A stretch of 64,000 nucleotides of DNA, from positions 1,317,647 through 1,381,646 of the forward strand of contig CP070761.1 in assembly GCA_020348985.1 (NCBI GenBank), in the 5' to 3' direction. This document shows, in pieces, positions 60,502-64,000 of this stretch. The DNA is from Candidatus Thorarchaeota archaeon. Its GTDB lineage: Archaea > Asgardarchaeota > Thorarchaeia > Thorarchaeales > Thorarchaeaceae. The position numbers and the translations under genes are program-made. Each line of letters begins with the position of its first letter. Within the stretch, counting starts at the first letter, position 1. A model generated the notes under the pieces. It was given only the letters and a program-made list of their open reading frames with translations. It was not told the DNA's origin and did not search any database.

Positions 60502-60918
60502 CTAAGGAGTACTTTCGAGGCTATCAGGTGAAGGATAAATCTTGCTAACAATTCTCCACTGCTCGTCTACTTTTAGCATATGATAGAAATCAACATACTT
60601 CTCTTTTGTAACGCCTCCATCACCAAACCACAAATCGACTATGACGGAAGCTGCATTGCCTATAATCTTGATTGACCGTATCTCAAACCTACCCCATTCA
60701 TCAACAGGATTCTTGCCCGCCTTGATCATCTCTTCCCGCATTTCTTTCCAATGATCCCTCGCAACCCAGCTAAGTCCACCAGTTCCAACACCAATGCTCA
60801 TTCCATCTTCATAGAATACTTCGCTTATCTTATCATAATCCAGAGTTCGCAGTCCGTCAACGAATATTCTGAGAACCCGCTCAATGTTCTCTTCATCTCT
60901 TGTCATGATGGAAACCAC
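60502..60918 (-). CDS. NTF2-like (lumazine-binding-like) protein
   Basis: I.I.GNAASV...YVD..HMLK....WRIVSK. Confidence 0.85.
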   Translation of the reverse strand: MVSIMTRDEENIERVLRIFVDGLRTLDYDKISEVFYEDGMSIGVGTGGLSWVARDHWKEMREEMIKAGKNPVDEWGRFEIRSIKIIGNAASVIVDLWFGDGGVTKEKYVDFYHMLKVDEQWRIVSKIYPSPDSLESTP

Positions 60919-61115
60919 GTGAGAGTAACGCCTTCTGTGATAAGTTCTCAGTGGTCAGAGCAAGTAAGTCAGTATGATTATGAAGGAATGTAAGGCGGGC
61001 TGGATAGTGGGCTATGTGTGATTAGAGATATGCGACAGCATTCAGGCTTCGTTGCGATTGCTCTATTTGATGATGAGATTTATCTGTGGGAGTTTGATTA
61101 ATCGTTGGACGCTGT

Positions 61116-62099
61116 GTGAGCCAAATGATAAAGACAGAAGTAACAGAGATGCTGGGATGCAAGTATCCGATTATCGCAGGAACCATGGCAAGAATTTCTA
61201 ATCCTGAGTTTATTGCAGTCGCTAGTAATGCTGGCGCCTGTGCCGTACTAGCCAGTGCAAATTACGGATCGCCTGATGAACTACGTGATGCAATCCAAAA
61301 GACACAGTCCCTTACGAATCAGCCATTTGCTGTAAACATCAACCTGTTCCCTGCTTTGATGCCTCAAGACAAGCTAGAAGACTATGTGGATGCTACACTA
61401 GCTGAGGGCGTGAAGATCATTGAAACAAGTGGTCACAAAGCTCCAGAGGATTTGGTTCCCAAATTCAGGGATGGAGGCGCCATATGGATTCACAAATGTG
61501 CAGGAGTAAGATATGCGAAGAAGGGGGCGTCTCTGGGTGCTGACATAGTAACGGTTGTTGGATATGAGAATGGTGGAGCGACCGGGGTTTTAGACATTGG
61601 GACTATGGTTATGACTCCTTCAGTAGTTGATGCCCTTGATATTCCGGTAATTGCTGGAGGCGGAATATCTGATGGTAGAGGCATTGCTGCAGTCTTGGCA
61701 CTAGGTGCAGAAGGTGTGATAATCGGTACAAGACTGATGGCTACAAAAGAGTGTCCCATTCATGACAATCTGAAACAAGCTTTCGTTGAAGCAGCGGAAA
61801 CTGATACATGTCTAGCTCTGCGTTCTATTCAAAATACACACAGAATATGGAACAACAAGGCAGCGCAGCAAGTGCTCGAGTTAGAGGCTCAGGGAGCATC
61901 CCTGTGGACTCTCGTTGACGCTGCCTCTGGAGAAAAAGCAGAAGAAATGTACAGGGAAGGAGATATTGACCTCGGGATTGTAGCTTGTGGTCAAGGTGTA
62001 GGCTTGATTAATGACATTCCATCAGTTAAGGAGCTGCTGGATAGAATGATGGTTGAGGCAGAGGAGGTAATCTCCAAACTAAATATAATAGCCAACTAA
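61116..62099 (+). CDS. Nitronate monooxygenase / FabK-like flavin oxidoreductase
   Basis: YPII, PFAVN, PVIAGGGI.DGRG, GTR, GQGVGLI. Confidence 0.92.
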   Translation: MSQMIKTEVTEMLGCKYPIIAGTMARISNPEFIAVASNAGACAVLASANYGSPDELRDAIQKTQSLTNQPFAVNINLFPALMPQDKLEDYVDATLAEGVKIIETSGHKAPEDLVPKFRDGGAIWIHKCAGVRYAKKGASLGADIVTVVGYENGGATGVLDIGTMVMTPSVVDALDIPVIAGGGISDGRGIAAVLALGAEGVIIGTRLMATKECPIHDNLKQAFVEAAETDTCLALRSIQNTHRIWNNKAAQQVLELEAQGASLWTLVDAASGEKAEEMYREGDIDLGIVACGQGVGLINDIPSVKELLDRMMVEAEEVISKLNIIAN

Positions 62100-62147
62100 T
62101 TTCGTGTTTTCCATCAAGCTCGGATATCGAGAGAGCTAAGAGACAGA

Positions 62148-62173
62148 TGACGGGCCAGGTAGGATTGGGACCT
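62148..62173 (-). repeat. Decayed tRNA 3'-end fragment
   Basis: tgacgggccaggtaggattgggacc, 19/25 identical to the 63053 copy. Confidence 0.7.
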
Positions 62174-62257
62174 ATGAACTACTTTGTGGTTTAGCTTGAC
62201 ATGAAAAGGGATAAGAAGCATGCCAATTAGTCTAAAGCCATAATTGGCGGGCTGAAC

Positions 62258-62980
62258 TTGGACTGGAAGCTGATTGCTCAGAGACTAGCAGCGTTGGTAT
62301 CATCATTCATAGTCTATTTGCCGATAGTTGCAGGAATACTGACACCAATGATTTGGGTACTTGCTGCATGGTACGTTTCTTGGTACGTCTTCCTCTGGAT
62401 ATTCCCTTTCAGTGAGATTTGGGGGGGCTTTTGGTGGCCATTCCAAAGTCCAGTTTTTGGCCTCATGTTGTGGCTCGTAGAGGCCCTAATCCTTGCGATT
62501 GGCCTGATGCTGTTTCTCTTTGCCTTGAAGGAAATAGTCGAAGCAAGACGTCGAGGAATGGGCATTGTTACTTCGGGCTTGTACAAGTACGTACGGCATC
62601 CTCAGCATCTAGGAATCATGTTGATGCTCCTGCCTTTGGCCCTGACCAACGTTTTTCAGCCCGCACAGTGGTGGGGTGGCATAAGACCTGGAGACCTTCT
62701 CTCTTGGTCATTCGTAGCTTTCCTTCTCATCATTATAGCAGATCTTGAAGAGACACGGCTATTAGCTCTCTTTGGTCAGGATTACGAAGACTATGCACAA
62801 AGAACACCATTCATACTGCCGAAAGTTAATCTGTTATCCTTCATTCAGAGTAGTTCTTTATCGAGAGGAAAACCTCTGAGGTATATCTTGGCATTTGTGA
62901 TATTTTGGATCTTGGCTTCTCTAATGCTCTTTGGATTTACTCTCGTTGAGCTTGCATATCCCTTTGGAAGCAATCTATAG
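62258..62980 (+). CDS. Isoprenylcysteine carboxylmethyltransferase (ICMT/PEMT)-family membrane protein
   Basis: TSGLYKYVRHPQ, EE..L...FG..Y..Y...TP. Confidence 0.88.
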   Translation: MDWKLIAQRLAALVSSFIVYLPIVAGILTPMIWVLAAWYVSWYVFLWIFPFSEIWGGFWWPFQSPVFGLMLWLVEALILAIGLMLFLFALKEIVEARRRGMGIVTSGLYKYVRHPQHLGIMLMLLPLALTNVFQPAQWWGGIRPGDLLSWSFVAFLLIIIADLEETRLLALFGQDYEDYAQRTPFILPKVNLLSFIQSSSLSRGKPLRYILAFVIFWILASLMLFGFTLVELAYPFGSNL

Positions 62981-63052
62981 CAGGTCCGTGCTCGGCCAAG
63001 GCTACTCGAGAAGCATGCCTTGGAGAATGCCAAAATCAGAGAACAGGTGTAA

Positions 63053-63077
63053 TGGCGGGCCGGGTGGGATCCGAACC
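63053..63077 (-). repeat. tRNA 3'-end fragment (T-arm, acceptor strand, CCA); Lys- or Arg-like
   Basis: Minus strand reads GGTTCGGATCCCACCCGGCCCGCCA; no anticodon or D arm upstream. Confidence 0.85.
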
Positions 63078-63169
63078 TTCAACGATGATTGCCCTGTTGT
63101 TCTAATGGAATCGTTCAGCTGTCTTATATGGAAACATACCAAGCTGGGCACGGCTGGAGGAGAGATTAG

Positions 63170-64000
63170 ATGAAACATGATGCAGTTCTGGTGTGTGTCT
63201 TGCTGCTTGCAACTGCTTTGAATGGATGGATTGGACCTTTGTCAACACAGCAAGCTAATCCTGAATGTGTGAATCTAAATTCGCAATCCTATGTTGAGCA
63301 TGGGGCAATTCATATCACTTCTGACGCCGACTTTGAAAATCAGGCATGGCCGGGAAATGGAACTGAGGATAATCCGTATCGAATAGAGGGGCTCAACATC
63401 ACAACTGATTCGGTCTGTGTCAACATCACCGGAACGAATGCGTTCTTTGTCATTCAGGATTGTCTATTCGCTTCTAGTTCCAACGCCGACTACTCTGGGG
63501 TCCATCTGACCAATGTCAGTCACGGTACGGTCAAGGAATGCACAATCACAATGCTGGATTCAGGAATTTCCATCATTGACTCTGTGTCGATTGACATAAA
63601 GAGCAACACGATATTCGATGTCCAGAGTGCAATCTCCTCTTGGGGGCTGAATGCGTGCAATATCTCTCTTAATGAGATATACAATTGCACATGGGGTATC
63701 CAATCTTGGTTTGCAAATGACACTCTATTAACACATAACACAGTCTACGACTACAGGCTCTATGGGTTCATGGTGGGCGGACCAGGTTCAGATAACATTG
63801 TTGCATACAATGATATTCATTCCTCAAAAGACCAGTATTCTGAAGCAGCAATTTTGTACGACAGCCCGGCCTGGGTCATTGAGCACAATTCAATTCATGA
63901 TTGTTTCGAGGGGATTGAGATATGGTTCAGTGGATGGATGTCCGGGAAGATGATCATACGAGAGAACAGCTTCCAAATGGTGACAAACACTTTCGATATC
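63170..64000 (+). CDS. Secreted NosD/beta-helix surface protein, truncated by the window end; paralog of 32316-34700
   Basis: ATG 63170 after GGAGG; signal peptide, HGAIHITSDADF..QAWPGNGTEDNPY, then beta-helix repeats. Confidence 0.88.
   Translation, partial: MKHDAVLVCVLLLATALNGWIGPLSTQQANPECVNLNSQSYVEHGAIHITSDADFENQAWPGNGTEDNPYRIEGLNITTDSVCVNITGTNAFFVIQDCLFASSSNADYSGVHLTNVSHGTVKECTITMLDSGISIIDSVSIDIKSNTIFDVQSAISSWGLNACNISLNEIYNCTWGIQSWFANDTLLTHNTVYDYRLYGFMVGGPGSDNIVAYNDIHSSKDQYSEAAILYDSPAWVIEHNSIHDCFEGIEIWFSGWMSGKMIIRENSFQMVTNTFDI

Noticed and set aside
62245-62254. TGGCGGGCTG as a further tRNA fragment
   Set aside because: Only about 9 nt match and it sits at the ribosome-binding position of the next gene.
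1-64000. CRISPR arrays, integrases, transposases, rRNA, SRP or RNase P RNA
   Set aside because: No regularly spaced repeats, recombinase motifs or matching RNA signatures were found by eye.

Overview
Archaeal chromosomal window, most consistent with an Asgard archaeon, probably Thorarchaeia. This is inferred from three Roadblock/LC7 genes, a Sec23/24-like Zn-finger-vWA gene, EMC6-like, Vps29-like and PCI-like proteins, and large NosD-type beta-helix surface proteins. Most of the window is housekeeping: CLC channel, smc-scpA-scpB, hypE/hypA, rps8e, thiol:fumarate reductase plus a two-subunit fumarate hydratase, RqcH/NEMF, pyrC, nadC, proS, nadM, rtcA, NOG1, a proteasome beta subunit, taw1, trm5, ribK, pcm and ipk. 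Three intact tRNA genes are present: Glu-TTC, Ile2-CAT and intron-containing Asn-GTT. The most striking unexplained structure is a set of integrase-free, mostly single-gene units bounded by tRNA fragments. tRNA-Glu is flanked by a 3'-end copy on one side (DUF362 gene between) and by an exact 40-bp 5'-half copy on the other (beta-helix gene between, its stop codon lying inside the copy). The accessory region at 56.5-64 kb has progressively decayed copies of another tRNA 3' end in successive intergenic spacers, resembling an integron-like array built by serial insertion at a tRNA. Also notable are a long structured leader before the Sec23/24-like gene, a histone-H1-like Lys-rich/HEAT fusion near smc, and a probably non-catalytic proteasome beta subunit. 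All family calls come from motif recognition by eye; no database search was run.
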